The notes under the pieces: model-generated
The model's database searches: none
The model's input: only the letters and a program-made list of their open reading frames with translations
Told to the model about the DNA's origin: nothing
Position numbers and translations under genes: made by a program
In this document: positions 31,698-42,658 of the stretch, piece by piece
How positions within the stretch are numbered: the stretch's first letter is position 1
How the letters are laid out: the number at the start of each line of letters is the position of its first letter
Source: Opitutales bacterium
Lineage (GTDB): Bacteria > Verrucomicrobiota > Verrucomicrobiia > Opitutales > UBA2987
NCBI GenBank assembly: GCA_965226885.1
Contig: CBDDEL010000016.1
Coordinates: forward strand, 512,001 to 576,000
Length of the DNA: 64,000 nt
Direction: 5' to 3'

Positions 31698-32018
31698 ACG
31701 GTTAATTTTTTTTTGGCTGAAACAACAGTGTGTAGATACACAAATAAGAGTATCCAAAAAATCAAGTGTGGTATCTCGACAGGATTTCCCCACTTAATAG
31801 CATTGGGTAGGTCAGTAAAACATCCTATGATTAGACATCCAAAAATAAGCGTCCAGAACCCGCTCCAAAGCAACCTGTTTCGATTCCAATAAGGTATTCG
31901 AACTTGACCGGGATAATTGCGAAGTGCCCACCAGAGACCTAATATTGCGATTGGACCCAAAACAAGCCATCCGATGAACTCATAAAAAATTGGAATTGCA
32001 ATGGCTTCGGAGTTGGTG
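31694..32018 (-). pseudogene. Membrane protein remnant, 5' end lost at IS3
   Basis: Three hydrophobic segments; the frame begins at the IS3 end. Confidence 0.55.
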
Positions 32019-32057
32019 TGATGTGCACTGGAAAAAGTGGACACGAGATTCTCCTAA

Positions 32058-32369
32058 ATGGAGAATCGAAGCATGGGAAGAAGACGCTTTAGTATAGAGT
32101 TCAAAAATGAGGCAGTTCAACTGATGATACTCGATGGTCTGAGCGCCACCGAGGTATCGACCAAACTTGGGGTCAACACCAACCAATTGTATAGGTGGAA
32201 GAGGCTCTATCTGGACGATCAGCAGGGCGAAGCCACCTCAAAGCGACAGAGCAGTCCGAAGGAGATGGCGGCCGAGATAGATCGTCTTCGCAAAGAGCTG
32301 CGCCGCTCGGAGCGGATCAACCAGATACTAAAAAAAACGGTGGGCTACTTTGCCAAGGACGAACAATGA
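32058..32369 (+). CDS. IS3 OrfA
   Basis: HTH ORF; has one extra Phe codon compared with two other copies. Confidence 0.92.
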   Translation: MENRSMGRRRFSIEFKNEAVQLMILDGLSATEVSTKLGVNTNQLYRWKRLYLDDQQGEATSKRQSSPKEMAAEIDRLRKELRRSERINQILKKTVGYFAKDEQ

Positions 32370-33283
32370 AGTACCAGTTTGTCAAAGACAACGAGGGGCG
32401 CTTCAAGATCGAGGAAATATGCTCGGCGATGGGGATTTGTCGCAGTGGCTATTACTGCTGGAGGCACCGAGCGCCCTCGGCCCGGCGGATCGAGGACGAG
32501 GGAATCAAGGGGGCGATCCTGAAGGTACACAAAGAGGCCAAGGGCCGCTATGGGCATCGGCCAATGCACCGCCATCTGAAGGATGATGAGGGCATCGATT
32601 GCGGCCGTGACCGGGCTCTGCGTCTGATGCGTGAAATGGGAATCAAAAGCACCCAGAGTAAACGCTTTAAGCCATTAAAAACCAACAGTAACCATCCCTA
32701 TGGTTACAGCCCCAATGTGCTTAAAAAGCATGGCCAGCCGACCCATATCGACGAGGTCTGGGTGGCGGACACGACCTACCTACGGACCCTGGCCGGTTGG
32801 ATGTACTTGGCCACGGTGATGGACCTGTTCAGCCGACGCCTGCTGGGCTGGAGCGTTTCCAACCACAACGACGCGAAGCTGGTTGGCAAGGCCCTCAAAG
32901 CCGCGGCCATGACCCGCGGCACACTGCGCACCGGGATTATTCATCACAGCGATCGGGGCAGCCCCTACGCCAGCGACGACTATCAGAGGCTGGTCTCTGA
33001 ACTAGGCATGAAGCCGAGCATGAGCGCCCAAGGCAACTGCTACGACAACGCGGCCATGGAATCGTTCTACGGCCGCTTCAAGACCAGCACGATTCGAGGC
33101 CGCCACTTTGCCGACGAGCGCGAACTGCGATCAACTGTCTTCGAATACGTGGAAATCTTCTACAACCGATATCGCAAACATTCCTCTCTGAGTTACCAAA
33201 GCCCAGTCCAATTCGAGGAAAATATTTGCCCCCCATGGGGGGCAACGAGAAAACAAAACCCTTTACCAAAACAAGCCGCCTGA
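32366..33283 (+). CDS. IS3 OrfB
   Basis: DDE motifs as in 13786-14703. Confidence 0.93.
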   Translation: MKYQFVKDNEGRFKIEEICSAMGICRSGYYCWRHRAPSARRIEDEGIKGAILKVHKEAKGRYGHRPMHRHLKDDEGIDCGRDRALRLMREMGIKSTQSKRFKPLKTNSNHPYGYSPNVLKKHGQPTHIDEVWVADTTYLRTLAGWMYLATVMDLFSRRLLGWSVSNHNDAKLVGKALKAAAMTRGTLRTGIIHHSDRGSPYASDDYQRLVSELGMKPSMSAQGNCYDNAAMESFYGRFKTSTIRGRHFADERELRSTVFEYVEIFYNRYRKHSSLSYQSPVQFEENICPPWGATRKQNPLPKQAA

Positions 33284-33388
33284 CACACTAATCAATAAAC
33301 AATGAATATAAGAGAATCCCGTGTCCAACAAATCCAGTACACGTCAGAAGGATAAGCGCCAGCATGAAGCATCCATGCGTAGTACCCG

Positions 33389-34189
33389 GGTAGTGTATAA
33401 AAAAAGAATGTTATTTTGTATTTTTAGCTGTACAAATAGCGTTAGGCAGTTTATTCTTAGTGCATGGTTACTAAGATTATTAATTGTCGGCACTGTGGAA
33501 GTGAAAATATCATTAAATTTGGCAAGACGCCCAACCATAAACAGCGCTACCGCTGCCATGATTGTGGTAAACAAAGCCGCGAAAACCCCACAGTGAAATA
33601 CACCGAAGAGCAAAAAGAAATGATCCTTCGAGTCTATCAGGAACGCAGCAGTCTACGCGGTTTACAGCGCGCCTTCGGGGTGAGTCCCAACACCGTTTTG
33701 AGTTGGTTAAAAAAACGACAATCGCTGCGACCGCTCAAAAGCACGATTCTGGCGGCCCGCCGCCATGATGTCATTGAACTGGACGAACTGTGGTCTTTTG
33801 TGGGGCGCAAGAGCGATGCCCAATGGGTTTGGATCGCTCTTTGCCGACGCACCCGTCAAATCCTCTCCTATGCCATTGGGCCTCGGGATTGGTATCGTTG
33901 CCGGGAACTTTACGAGCGTCTGCCACGGGCCTACAAAAGATGTGCCACCTACAGCGACTTTTGGAGCACTTATGATGAAGTCTTTCCTCATAACCGATCC
34001 GTGGGAAAAGAAACCGGTGAAACGGCCCATGTGGAACGATGGAACAATACCCTGCGCCAACGACTGGGTCGTTTCACACGCAAAACCCTCTCCTTTTCCA
34101 AGCTTAAGAGTATGCATGAAACCTGTCTGAGACTTTTCATTCATCAATATAATCAAGAATTAGCCACCATTCCTACTTAATACACTACC
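33389..34189 (+). mobile_element. IS1-family element, second type (no TSD)
   Basis: IRs GGTAGTGTAT / ATACACTACC. Confidence 0.9.
33464..34180 (+). CDS. IS1 transposase, InsA-InsB in a single frame
   Basis: CRHCGS..YRCHDC plus IELDELWSF...VERWNNTLRQ in one ORF across an A7C run. Confidence 0.92.
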   Translation: MVTKIINCRHCGSENIIKFGKTPNHKQRYRCHDCGKQSRENPTVKYTEEQKEMILRVYQERSSLRGLQRAFGVSPNTVLSWLKKRQSLRPLKSTILAARRHDVIELDELWSFVGRKSDAQWVWIALCRRTRQILSYAIGPRDWYRCRELYERLPRAYKRCATYSDFWSTYDEVFPHNRSVGKETGETAHVERWNNTLRQRLGRFTRKTLSFSKLKSMHETCLRLFIHQYNQELATIPT

Positions 34190-34467
34190 CAGAATTTGAC
34201 CGGGCAATCGGTCATTTTCGGCGCTATAACCAAAAATCACTGTCTAACCTGAAACCTGATGGGGTTTTCTGTGAAAAAGTGTTTTATCTGGATATGTTCG
34301 GTATGCTTGCCTCGTTCGCGAATCGATTTTTATTGAGACAGTCGTTGCCGACAATCAGGCAAATTCTAATCTGGGATCGATTTTTGGTGCCGTTATCCCG
34401 TATTTTTGACAAAGTGTTTTTTTATCGATTCGGAAAAACCATAGTTGCCATTTGGCAGAAAATATAA
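34190..34467 (+). pseudogene. Class I SAM-dependent methyltransferase, 3' remnant
   Basis: Frame starting at the IS1 end reads EFDRAIGHFRRY...WDRFLVPLSRIFD..GKTIVAIW. Confidence 0.65.
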
Positions 34468-34544
34468 AATTAAGATGATTCGCGGTTTCCGCACTGGAAA
34501 CGTTCAAGCGCGCACTGGAAACGTTCAAGCGAATAGAAACATAA

Positions 34545-35771
34545 ATGACGCCAGAGCCTTCAATTTTTTCCAATAAGTGGACTGTCTTTTCATTGCTTGC
34601 AATTGCCGCAACCGCTGCCAAGGCAGGCATATCCCTTTTGGGCTACAATTACGATGTGCAGTCATTTTACATAGTATCCGACCTGGTAGTAGAGGGAAAG
34701 AATTTCTACGCTGAGACGGCGAGACATGTTTACGGACCCGTTTGGGCCTATTTGCTGGGCGCGATCCGGTTCCTTCAATTATCTCTTTTGAATGACGTTT
34801 CCATACAAAATTTCCATCTTTTGCTCGCCCTGTTTTTATCTCTGGCGGACATCGCTATAGGTTTTGCCCTGTGGCGTTATTTTTCCTTCGCCGCTGGTTG
34901 CCTCTTCCTCATAAATCCGGTTTCCCTTTTATTAACCGGCTATCATTCACAAATCGAAAATCTGGCTATTCTTCCCGGAATCATGGCATGCGGGCTGCTT
35001 GCTGCCGGAGGCAAAAACCGGCAGTTCAAATTCTGGGCGGGAGTGGGACTCCTTGCGCTGTCGCTTTCGGTTAAGCATATTTTTTTCCTTATTCCCGTTT
35101 GGTTTTTATTCAACAAAAGCCTGAATTTACGTGAAAGACTTATATTATTTTTTGTCCCGGCCTTCATTTTTTTAATATCGTTTATTCCTTTTGTCATAGC
35201 AAATCCTGCCGCCTTCGACAGGGTAAAGTTCATTTTCACCGGTTATAGCTCCACCCACATGAGCGGCTTTTATCCACAACTCATTGATTTGTTTTTTCCG
35301 GTGAAGTTCTTTGAAAAAGCATTTTCCATTCTTCCAATTTTTTCGGGATTCAAGCTGATCTGGATCATTACCCTGGCTTCGCTTGGCCTGCTCTTGAAAA
35401 ATAAATCTCCGCTGGAGAGCTGCCTCATTTATCTGGTCGCCGTATGTGTGACCTCCAGCGCCCTGGTCGAGCAATACCTGGCCATCCCAATGGTCTCATG
35501 TATCGTATTCCGGAAAAATCCGGCCATGCGTTGGTATATTTATCTGGCCACAATTTTTCTGGCCACATCGCCCGCCAATATCGGCAGTCTACCGGCCATG
35601 TCATGGCTGGCGGCACCCACCCAGGCAGTTGGCCTGCAAGCATGGCATCCGGTGGCCGGGATGTTCATATTTCTGGTCTGGTATTTCTGCCGACCCAAGC
35701 TGCAATGGTCCCGAAAACCGGCTCAAAATACGGAGAGGGAAATTATTATAGAGAAAGAATCCGGAGTTTAA
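34545..35771 (+). CDS. Multi-pass membrane protein, GT-C fold glycosyltransferase-like (GT87/PIG-M-like)
   Basis: About 10 TM segments; YNYD, YGP, DI, INP...GYHSQIE, SVKH, QY motifs. Confidence 0.65.
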   Translation: MTPEPSIFSNKWTVFSLLAIAATAAKAGISLLGYNYDVQSFYIVSDLVVEGKNFYAETARHVYGPVWAYLLGAIRFLQLSLLNDVSIQNFHLLLALFLSLADIAIGFALWRYFSFAAGCLFLINPVSLLLTGYHSQIENLAILPGIMACGLLAAGGKNRQFKFWAGVGLLALSLSVKHIFFLIPVWFLFNKSLNLRERLILFFVPAFIFLISFIPFVIANPAAFDRVKFIFTGYSSTHMSGFYPQLIDLFFPVKFFEKAFSILPIFSGFKLIWIITLASLGLLLKNKSPLESCLIYLVAVCVTSSALVEQYLAIPMVSCIVFRKNPAMRWYIYLATIFLATSPANIGSLPAMSWLAAPTQAVGLQAWHPVAGMFIFLVWYFCRPKLQWSRKPAQNTEREIIIEKESGV

Positions 35772-35837
35772 TCCATGCCATTCGGGTGCAACCAACGGCT
35801 TGCATCGGGATGAATATCTGCTAAAAACTACGATTTA

Positions 35838-37085
35838 ATGGTAATTGAGGTTAAAATTCCAACCCTCGGGGAAAGCATCACATCGGGTCTTCTCTCGGCT
35901 TGGCATGTCAAAGATGGTGACCAGGTTGAAACCGACCAGGCCATTTATGAGTTGGAAACCGATAAAATCACCTCCGAGGGATTGGCCGATTGCAACGGGC
36001 GGATTTCCTTGCAGGCCAAGGAAGGGGAAGAAGTCGAGATTGGGCAAATCATCGCTCTGATCGACGATTCCGTGAAAGCCTCCATGGAAACCAGCAAAAG
36101 CGAACCATCGCCGGAAGCTGAGAAGGAAATTGCCGCCCCCCCACCGGAACCCATTAAAACACAAATAGAACCGCATAAAAAGAGCCCCATTAAATCTCCG
36201 GCAGTCCGCCATTTGGCGGCGGAAACAGGTATAGACCTGGCCACGATCTCAGGAACCGGCAAGGGCGGCCGCGTGACCAAGGGAGATATTTTAAAGGAAA
36301 CCAAACGGATAAAACCGAAAAGCCCCGCACCGGCCCCAACTCCGGCGCAACCCCAAATGCAGCCAGCGGCGGTGGCAGGCGATTCGCCCAAAGTCACCCG
36401 CAAGAAAATGACCCGGCTGCGCCGGAGGATTGCCGAACGCCTGGTAGCTGCGCAGCATTCCGCGGCCATCCTTTCGACCTTCAACGAGGCGGACATGAGT
36501 GAGGTTATGGCCCTGCGCAAAACGCATCAGGAAGCCTTCGTGGCCAAACACGGGGTAAAGCTCGGCTTCATGTCCTTTTTTCTCAAAGCGACCGTCAAGG
36601 CCTTGCAGGAAGTGCCCGCCATCAATGCGCAAATCGATGGGGATGAAATTGTGCAAAACCATTATTACGATATTGGCGTGGCGGTCAGCACCCCCAAGGG
36701 ATTGCTCGTGCCGGTGGTGAGAAATGCCGATGCGCTTTCATATGCGGAGATCGAAACCAGCATCGTCAACTATGCCAGAAAAGCGCGCGAGGGCAGGATG
36801 TCGATCGACGATTTGCAAGGGGGTGTTTTCACCATAACCAATGGGGGCATCTTCGGCTCCCTGCTTTCCACGCCCATCCTCAACCAGCCGCAAAGCGGTA
36901 TTCTCGGAATGCACACCATCAAGATGAGACCGGTGGTTGTCGATGGGCAAGTAGTGGCCAGGCCGATGATGTACCTGGCCCTTTCCTACGACCATCGCTT
37001 GGTGGACGGGAGCGAAGCGGTCACATTTCTGGTCAAAATAAAAGAAGCCATCGAAAACCCGTCCCGGCTTCTCCTCGAAATTTAG
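35838..37085 (+). CDS. sucB: Dihydrolipoyllysine-residue succinyltransferase (E2)
   Basis: ELETDKI lipoyl site; [26 protein letters not shown]. Confidence 0.95.
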   Translation: MVIEVKIPTLGESITSGLLSAWHVKDGDQVETDQAIYELETDKITSEGLADCNGRISLQAKEGEEVEIGQIIALIDDSVKASMETSKSEPSPEAEKEIAAPPPEPIKTQIEPHKKSPIKSPAVRHLAAETGIDLATISGTGKGGRVTKGDILKETKRIKPKSPAPAPTPAQPQMQPAAVAGDSPKVTRKKMTRLRRRIAERLVAAQHSAAILSTFNEADMSEVMALRKTHQEAFVAKHGVKLGFMSFFLKATVKALQEVPAINAQIDGDEIVQNHYYDIGVAVSTPKGLLVPVVRNADALSYAEIETSIVNYARKAREGRMSIDDLQGGVFTITNGGIFGSLLSTPILNQPQSGILGMHTIKMRPVVVDGQVVARPMMYLALSYDHRLVDGSEAVTFLVKIKEAIENPSRLLLEI

Positions 37086-37088
37086 AGT

Positions 37089-38492
37089 ATGAAGGAATCT
37101 AATTTTGATCTAACCGTGATCGGTTCGGGCCCCGGGGGATACGTCTGCGCAATACGGGCCGCCCAACTTGGTTTGAAAACCGCTTTGGTGGAGAAAGACC
37201 CCTACCTTGGAGGAACCTGCATGAATGTCGGCTGCATCCCCAGCAAGGCCCTGCTGCACTCGACGGAGGTTTACCACCAAACGGTCGAGACTGTCAGATC
37301 CCACGGCATTGAGACCGGTCCGGTTTCCATCGACCTGAAAAAGTTGATGGAAAAAAAAGATGGAGTGGTCAACCGACTGCGTAAAGGGGTGGAAGCGCTC
37401 GTCAAGGGTCGCAAAATTGAAATTTTTAAAGGATTCGGGCGGCTGACCGGAAAGGGAGCCATCGAGGTGCAGTCCGAAAGCGGGACGGAGAAAATCGAGG
37501 CTAAAAATATTGTCCTGGCAACCGGGTCGAAGATCGTCGAATTGCCCTTTCTCAAATTCGACGGGAAAACGGTTGTCTCCAGCGACCAGGCCATCGCTTT
37601 TGACAAAATCCCCGAAAAACTCGTCGTAGTGGGCGGAGGAGCCATCGGGCTGGAACTAGGGTCTGTCTGGAATCGCCTGGGGAGCGAAGTTTCGATAATT
37701 GAATTTCTTCCCAACATCGCCCCCACTTTCGATCCCGACATATCCAAAAGAGCCATGCGTTTCTTCAAGAAACAGGGCATGTCCATTAACACTTCGGCCA
37801 AAGTCACCGGACTCGAAAAGAGAGATGGCATTACTTTGGTTCTGGTTGAGAAAAAAGGCGCCATTTCGAAATACGAAGCGGACAAGGTTCTCATTTGCGT
37901 GGGCCGAAAACCATTCCATGAGGGCCTCGGCCTGAAGGAGGCTGGAGTCGAGACCACGACCCAAGGTTTTATTAAAACCGATACCGGTTTTCGAACCTCC
38001 GCACCTGGCATATTTGCCATCGGCGATACCATTGAGGGACCCATGTTGGCCCACAAAGCGGAAGAAGAAGGCGTGGCGGTGGCGGAAATCATTGCGGGAC
38101 GGCACGGCGAGGTAAATTACCAGACAATCCCCAATGTCATCTACACCGAGCCGGAAATCGCCGGTGTGGGAATTACGGAAACTGAAGCCAAGGAAAACAA
38201 TACCGCCATCAAAGTAGGCAAATTTTCCCTTGCCGCCAATGGCCGGGCCATCGCCACGGATGCCCAGGATGGATTTGTCAAAGTGATTGCCGATGCGCAA
38301 ACGGATCGGCTCCTCGGGGTGCAAATCCTGGCCAAAAACGCTTCCGAATTAATCGCCGCGGCGGTGGCTCACATGGAATACGGGGGCAGCGCCGAAGATT
38401 TGGCCCGGACGGTCCACGCCCACCCCACACTCTCGGAAGCCCTTAAAGAGGCCGCCCTCGCAGTGGACAAGGCATCCATTCATTCGCTTTAG
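37089..38492 (+). CDS. lpdA: Dihydrolipoyl dehydrogenase
   Basis: [28 protein letters not shown]. Confidence 0.97.
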   Translation: MKESNFDLTVIGSGPGGYVCAIRAAQLGLKTALVEKDPYLGGTCMNVGCIPSKALLHSTEVYHQTVETVRSHGIETGPVSIDLKKLMEKKDGVVNRLRKGVEALVKGRKIEIFKGFGRLTGKGAIEVQSESGTEKIEAKNIVLATGSKIVELPFLKFDGKTVVSSDQAIAFDKIPEKLVVVGGGAIGLELGSVWNRLGSEVSIIEFLPNIAPTFDPDISKRAMRFFKKQGMSINTSAKVTGLEKRDGITLVLVEKKGAISKYEADKVLICVGRKPFHEGLGLKEAGVETTTQGFIKTDTGFRTSAPGIFAIGDTIEGPMLAHKAEEEGVAVAEIIAGRHGEVNYQTIPNVIYTEPEIAGVGITETEAKENNTAIKVGKFSLAANGRAIATDAQDGFVKVIADAQTDRLLGVQILAKNASELIAAAVAHMEYGGSAEDLARTVHAHPTLSEALKEAALAVDKASIHSL

Positions 38493-38524
38493 GTGAGGCT
38501 TGGTCAGCTAATCAAGACCGCCAG

Positions 38525-38920
38525 TCAATCCATTCCCCGTCTCTCCAGATCCACCTCATCGAAACCGACATAATGCCCTAATTCATGGAGGTAGGTTTGG
38601 GTCACCTCATGGCGGTAGTTTCGCATATTGTGACCGGAGTAGTCCCAGATATTATCCAGAAATAGCAATATTTGGGGCGGCAGAGGAAGCAAATCGCATC
38701 CTGAATCCGGAAATGCTTCGCCCACAAAGAGGCCAAGAATGTCGCGCTCGACTCCTTCAGCCTGCAAATCAGGATTTGGATAGGGCTCATAGACACAGGG
38801 AATTTTCTCGCTTGTTTGCCGCAATTTAGCAGGCAAAGCCTGGAGTGCTCTACGGACTTCATCATCGGCGACTAGCACCAGACGCCGCCAGAGTTTTTTT
38901 CCACCGATTTTTTGCGCCAT
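38525..38920 (-). CDS. Zincin-like minimal metallopeptidase family protein
   Basis: ILGLFVG, TYLHELGHYVG (HExxH). Confidence 0.85.
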   Translation of the reverse strand: MAQKIGGKKLWRRLVLVADDEVRRALQALPAKLRQTSEKIPCVYEPYPNPDLQAEGVERDILGLFVGEAFPDSGCDLLPLPPQILLFLDNIWDYSGHNMRNYRHEVTQTYLHELGHYVGFDEVDLERRGMD

Positions 38921-38970
38921 CAGCCGTTTCCGAATTTTCCCGGCCAGGAAATTGCCCCCCTGTCGGTTCT

Positions 38971-40224
38971 CTACAAAGCCTTTAAAATTATACTGGCATT
39001 GTGGCCGCCGAATCCAAGACTATTGGTCATGGCAACCCTGACATTGGCCGATGTCTTTTTGTTGGGCACGTAATTTAAATCACAATTCTCGTCGGGGACT
39101 TCGTAATTGATGGTGGGAGGAACTTCGCCCGTTTCAATGACCTTGATGCAGGCGGCCACCTCGATGGCCCCGGCCGCTCCCAGAAGGTGCCCGGTCATGG
39201 ATTTTGTCGAACTAATGAGCAGCTTGCGGGCATGGTCCCCAAACACTTCTTTAACCGCGCTAGTTTCGGTTTTGTCATTCAATTGGGTGGAGGTGCCGTG
39301 AGCGTTTATATAGTCGATCTCGTGGGCGGCCAGGCCGGCATCTTTTAAAGAGTTATTGAGGCAAAGGGCCAATCCCTCTCCCGTAGGATCAGGAGAAGTA
39401 ATGTGGTAAGCGTCGCAGGTAGCTGAGTATCCAGCCAACTCGCAATAGATATGAGCGCCGCGAGCCCGGGCATGCTCCTCTGATTCGATAATGACGGCAC
39501 CGGCGCCTTCGCCCATGATAAATCCGTCGCGTGTTTTGTCAAAGGGCCGACTGGCGCGTTTGGGGTCGTCATTGCGGCTCGTGCTCATGGCTTTCATGGA
39601 GCAAAAACCGGCGAAGCTCAACCGGGTGATAGAGGCTTCGCTGCCGCCCGCCAACATGATGTCGGCATCGCCATAACGAATCATGCGAAGGGCTTCGCCG
39701 ATGGAATGGGCGGAGGTGGAGCAAGCGCTTACGAGCCCGAAATTGGGGCCCTTGGCGCCCAGTTCGATGGCCACCACCCCGGAAGCGATATTGGCAATGA
39801 GCGATGGAATGGTAAAGGGTGAGACTTTGCGCGGCCCTAACTTGGTGAGCCGGTCGTATTGTATCTCGAAGGTCTCCATCCCGCCGATTCCCGACCCCAT
39901 GAGCACGCCGAAACGAGTTTTATCCAGCCTTGTCACGTCCAGGCTGCCGTCTTTGATTGCTTCCTTGGCGGCGCCCAAAGCCAGTTGGGTGTAACGATCG
40001 TTACGCCGCACTTCCTTGGCGTCCATATACTGAAGGGGATCGAAATCCCGCGCTTCGGCGCTTAATTGACAGGTAAATTCCGAAGGGTCGAACCGGCCCA
40101 CCCGGTCGATGCCGCATCGACCGGCCAGAAGGCTGGTCCAAAAGGATTCGATATTGTTACCAAGAGAGGTGACAACCCCGATTCCTGTGATGACCACTCG
40201 GTGGTTGGGGGAATGCTGGTCCAT
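38971..40224 (-). CDS. fabF: Beta-ketoacyl-ACP synthase II
   Basis: RVVITGIG, VSACST, NAHGTST, KSMTGHLLGAAG, NSLGFGGHN. Confidence 0.97.
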   Translation of the reverse strand: MDQHSPNHRVVITGIGVVTSLGNNIESFWTSLLAGRCGIDRVGRFDPSEFTCQLSAEARDFDPLQYMDAKEVRRNDRYTQLALGAAKEAIKDGSLDVTRLDKTRFGVLMGSGIGGMETFEIQYDRLTKLGPRKVSPFTIPSLIANIASGVVAIELGAKGPNFGLVSACSTSAHSIGEALRMIRYGDADIMLAGGSEASITRLSFAGFCSMKAMSTSRNDDPKRASRPFDKTRDGFIMGEGAGAVIIESEEHARARGAHIYCELAGYSATCDAYHITSPDPTGEGLALCLNNSLKDAGLAAHEIDYINAHGTSTQLNDKTETSAVKEVFGDHARKLLISSTKSMTGHLLGAAGAIEVAACIKVIETGEVPPTINYEVPDENCDLNYVPNKKTSANVRVAMTNSLGFGGHNASIILKAL

Positions 40225-40292
40225 GAGGGAGGTCGCCCGGCCTCGGCTAGATTAACAATCAGGGACAATCAGGGGAAGGGGCTGAAAAAGGA

Positions 40293-40550
40293 TCAGCTGC
40301 CGGCTTTATCTTCAAGGTACTTGACGACATCGCCAACCGTTTGCAGTTGCTCCGCATCGCTCTCGGGAATTTCGCCATCGATCTCGTCCTTGAATTCCTC
40401 CTCGAAAGCCATGATTAGCTCAACGGTATCCAACGAGTCCGCCCCGAGATCATCGAGAAAAGATGCCTCTGGAGTAACTTGCTCCTCATTGACATTGAGC
40501 TGGTTAACAATGATTTCGCTGACCCGCTGTGCAATAGTTTTATCTGCCAT
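40293..40550 (-). CDS. acpP: Acyl carrier protein
   Basis: [21 protein letters not shown]; start at MADKT. Confidence 0.97.
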   Translation of the reverse strand: MADKTIAQRVSEIIVNQLNVNEEQVTPEASFLDDLGADSLDTVELIMAFEEEFKDEIDGEIPESDAEQLQTVGDVVKYLEDKAGS

Positions 40551-40584
40551 ATTCGATATTAGGTTTACTTTTACGTATTTCGCA

Positions 40585-41325
40585 TCACATGACCATGCCG
40601 CCGTCAACTGTAAAAATTTGCCCGGTGATGTATGCTGCCTTCTCGGAGCACAAATAATCCACCATGTTGGCAATATCTGAAGGTTGACCCAGCCGTTTCA
40701 AAGGAATGTTCTTTAAAATGATGTCGCGCGTTTTTTCGTCAAGTCCAGAAGTCATATCGGTCTCAATAAAACCTGGCGCCACCGCGTTGACGGTGATTTG
40801 GCGTGAGGCCAGTTCTTTGGCCAGGGTTTTGGTCAACCCGATCATACCGGCCTTGGAGGAAGCATAATTGGCCTGGCCTGCATTTCCCGCCAAACCGCTG
40901 ACTGAGGTAATATTGACAATGCGGCCCCAGCGTGCCCGGGCCATGGGGTGGGCCAGGTTCTTCACCCAGTGAAAGCAACTGGAGAGATTCGTCTCGATGA
41001 CATCATGCCAATTTTCCTCCGACATGCGAAGTATGAGACCATCTCGAGTGATTCCGGCGTTATTAACCAGAATATCTACGGTGCCATGTATTTCCAGCAA
41101 AGACTTGGCCAATTCCGCTACAGCCCGGCCATCGGAGACATCGACGGCGTGCCATGAGGCGGCCCCACCGGATTGGTTGATGGCCTCGGCAGTGGCGCCG
41201 CAACTGTTTTCCGAGCGGCTGACGCAGAGCACGTGGGCACCGCCTGCAGCCAGTTGTTCGGCAATAGCCCGGCCGATCCCCCGCCCGGCACCGGTGACCA
41301 GGGCAACTCTATTTTCTAATGACAT
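40585..41325 (-). CDS. fabG: 3-oxoacyl-ACP reductase
   Basis: [21 protein letters not shown]. Confidence 0.97.
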   Translation of the reverse strand: MSLENRVALVTGAGRGIGRAIAEQLAAGGAHVLCVSRSENSCGATAEAINQSGGAASWHAVDVSDGRAVAELAKSLLEIHGTVDILVNNAGITRDGLILRMSEENWHDVIETNLSSCFHWVKNLAHPMARARWGRIVNITSVSGLAGNAGQANYASSKAGMIGLTKTLAKELASRQITVNAVAPGFIETDMTSGLDEKTRDIILKNIPLKRLGQPSDIANMVDYLCSEKAAYITGQIFTVDGGMVM

Positions 41326-41382
41326 GGACTTATCAGCTAAAAATTAATGGTTGATTGTAATATTTTGACGATCCCAAGATGT

Positions 41383-42549
41383 TTAATAGACATCCCTTTG
41401 GTAACGTTTTTCCTTTTTCAGATTTTTGACCCAGGCAACGGCTTCCTCCTCGCTCATGCTCCCCTGCTCCCTAGCGATTTGATGGAGGGCGGCGTTCACA
41501 TCTTTGGCCATTCTTTTGGCGTCTCCGCAAACATAGAAATAAGCGCCTTCTTGCAGCCATTTCCATAACTCGGCGGCATTTTCGAGCATTTTGTCCTGAA
41601 CGTAAATTTTGTAATCCTGGTCGCGGGACCAGGCCAAATCGAGGCGGTCGAGTTGGCCCTCGGTCAGGTATTTATCAAATTCATCTCCGTAAAGATAATC
41701 CGTATCGTGATGCTGATCGCCGAAAAAGATCCAGCTCCTTCCCTTTCCACCTCGGGTAATCCGTTCCTGTAAAAATGCCCGAAACGGGGCGATGCCGGTG
41801 CCGGGCCCAACCATGATAAGGCCCGCCGAACCATCCTCGGGCAGGCCAAAATGAGATTTCGCCACGAAAACCGCTACACAGTTCTCCAACAGAGGAGCCC
41901 GATCCGCTAAATATGACGAGCAGACTCCGGCGCGGTCGCGGCCATTGGTGTTATAGCGAACCACTGCCACCGTAAGATGGATTTCATCGGGATAAACGGT
42001 TGGCGAAGAGGCGATCGAGTAGAGGCGCGGCATCAGTTTTCGCAAATTGAGAATAAAATCCTGCGGCGCCAGCCTGGCTCCCGGAAAATCCAGAAGGAGG
42101 TCGGCAAACTCGCGATTTTCCAGGTATTCCTTGGTTTGCTCATTGTTTTCGGGGGCCAGTTTCTCCTCCAATTGTTTTTTAGTCTCCCCATCCACCCCGC
42201 TTTCCAAAAGGGCCTTGAGTATCTTTTTAGTGGGCTGCGCCAGCGACAGCCTGTGGCTGAGAGCTTCCCGCAAGGAAATGTCTTCCTCATTTTTGGGCAG
42301 ACGCACCATTTCATCCCCGGTGGCGCCCAGAACATTGAGCAGCTCTTGCACATTCTCCGGCTCATTGGTCGGAAAAATGCCCAATGAATCCCCGCAAGTG
42401 TAAACCAGGCCGCTGCCCTCGATATCTACCACAAAATGGCGTGTATCCTTGATGGAGCCCTCCTTGCTCAGCAGCCAGTTCTCCGTCAGGCGGGCTGAAA
42501 AAGGATTATTTTTGTCGTGGACAGGTTTTTCTTTAGAAACAGTGCTCAT
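41383..42549 (-). CDS. CysJ-like NADPH/FAD flavoprotein lacking the flavodoxin domain
   Basis: PRLYSIASS, GVCSSY, MVGPGTGIAPF, YVCGDAKRMAKDV, RYQRDVY; only 388 aa. Confidence 0.88.
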   Translation of the reverse strand: MSTVSKEKPVHDKNNPFSARLTENWLLSKEGSIKDTRHFVVDIEGSGLVYTCGDSLGIFPTNEPENVQELLNVLGATGDEMVRLPKNEEDISLREALSHRLSLAQPTKKILKALLESGVDGETKKQLEEKLAPENNEQTKEYLENREFADLLLDFPGARLAPQDFILNLRKLMPRLYSIASSPTVYPDEIHLTVAVVRYNTNGRDRAGVCSSYLADRAPLLENCVAVFVAKSHFGLPEDGSAGLIMVGPGTGIAPFRAFLQERITRGGKGRSWIFFGDQHHDTDYLYGDEFDKYLTEGQLDRLDLAWSRDQDYKIYVQDKMLENAAELWKWLQEGAYFYVCGDAKRMAKDVNAALHQIAREQGSMSEEEAVAWVKNLKKEKRYQRDVY

Positions 42550-42658
42550 AAAGTCATTTTCGCTTTTCGGACAGCTTCTAAAGTTATTCAGCGGCCCAAA
42601 GCAATTCTTTCCTTTGCTTCTTGGCTAGATGTGCCATGCTAATCTCCAAAGACAACTT

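Larger units (their letters stand above)
32019..33346 (+). mobile_element. IS3-family element, type A (no TSD)
   Basis: Same ends as 13723-15047; flanks GGTG / GAAG do not match. Confidence 0.95.

Noticed and set aside
32195..32365. 57-aa N-terminal extension of IS3 OrfB in the ORF track (also at 14874 and 51501)
   Set aside because: It overlaps OrfA; OrfB is better started at the ATGA overlap or reached by frameshift at the A-run.
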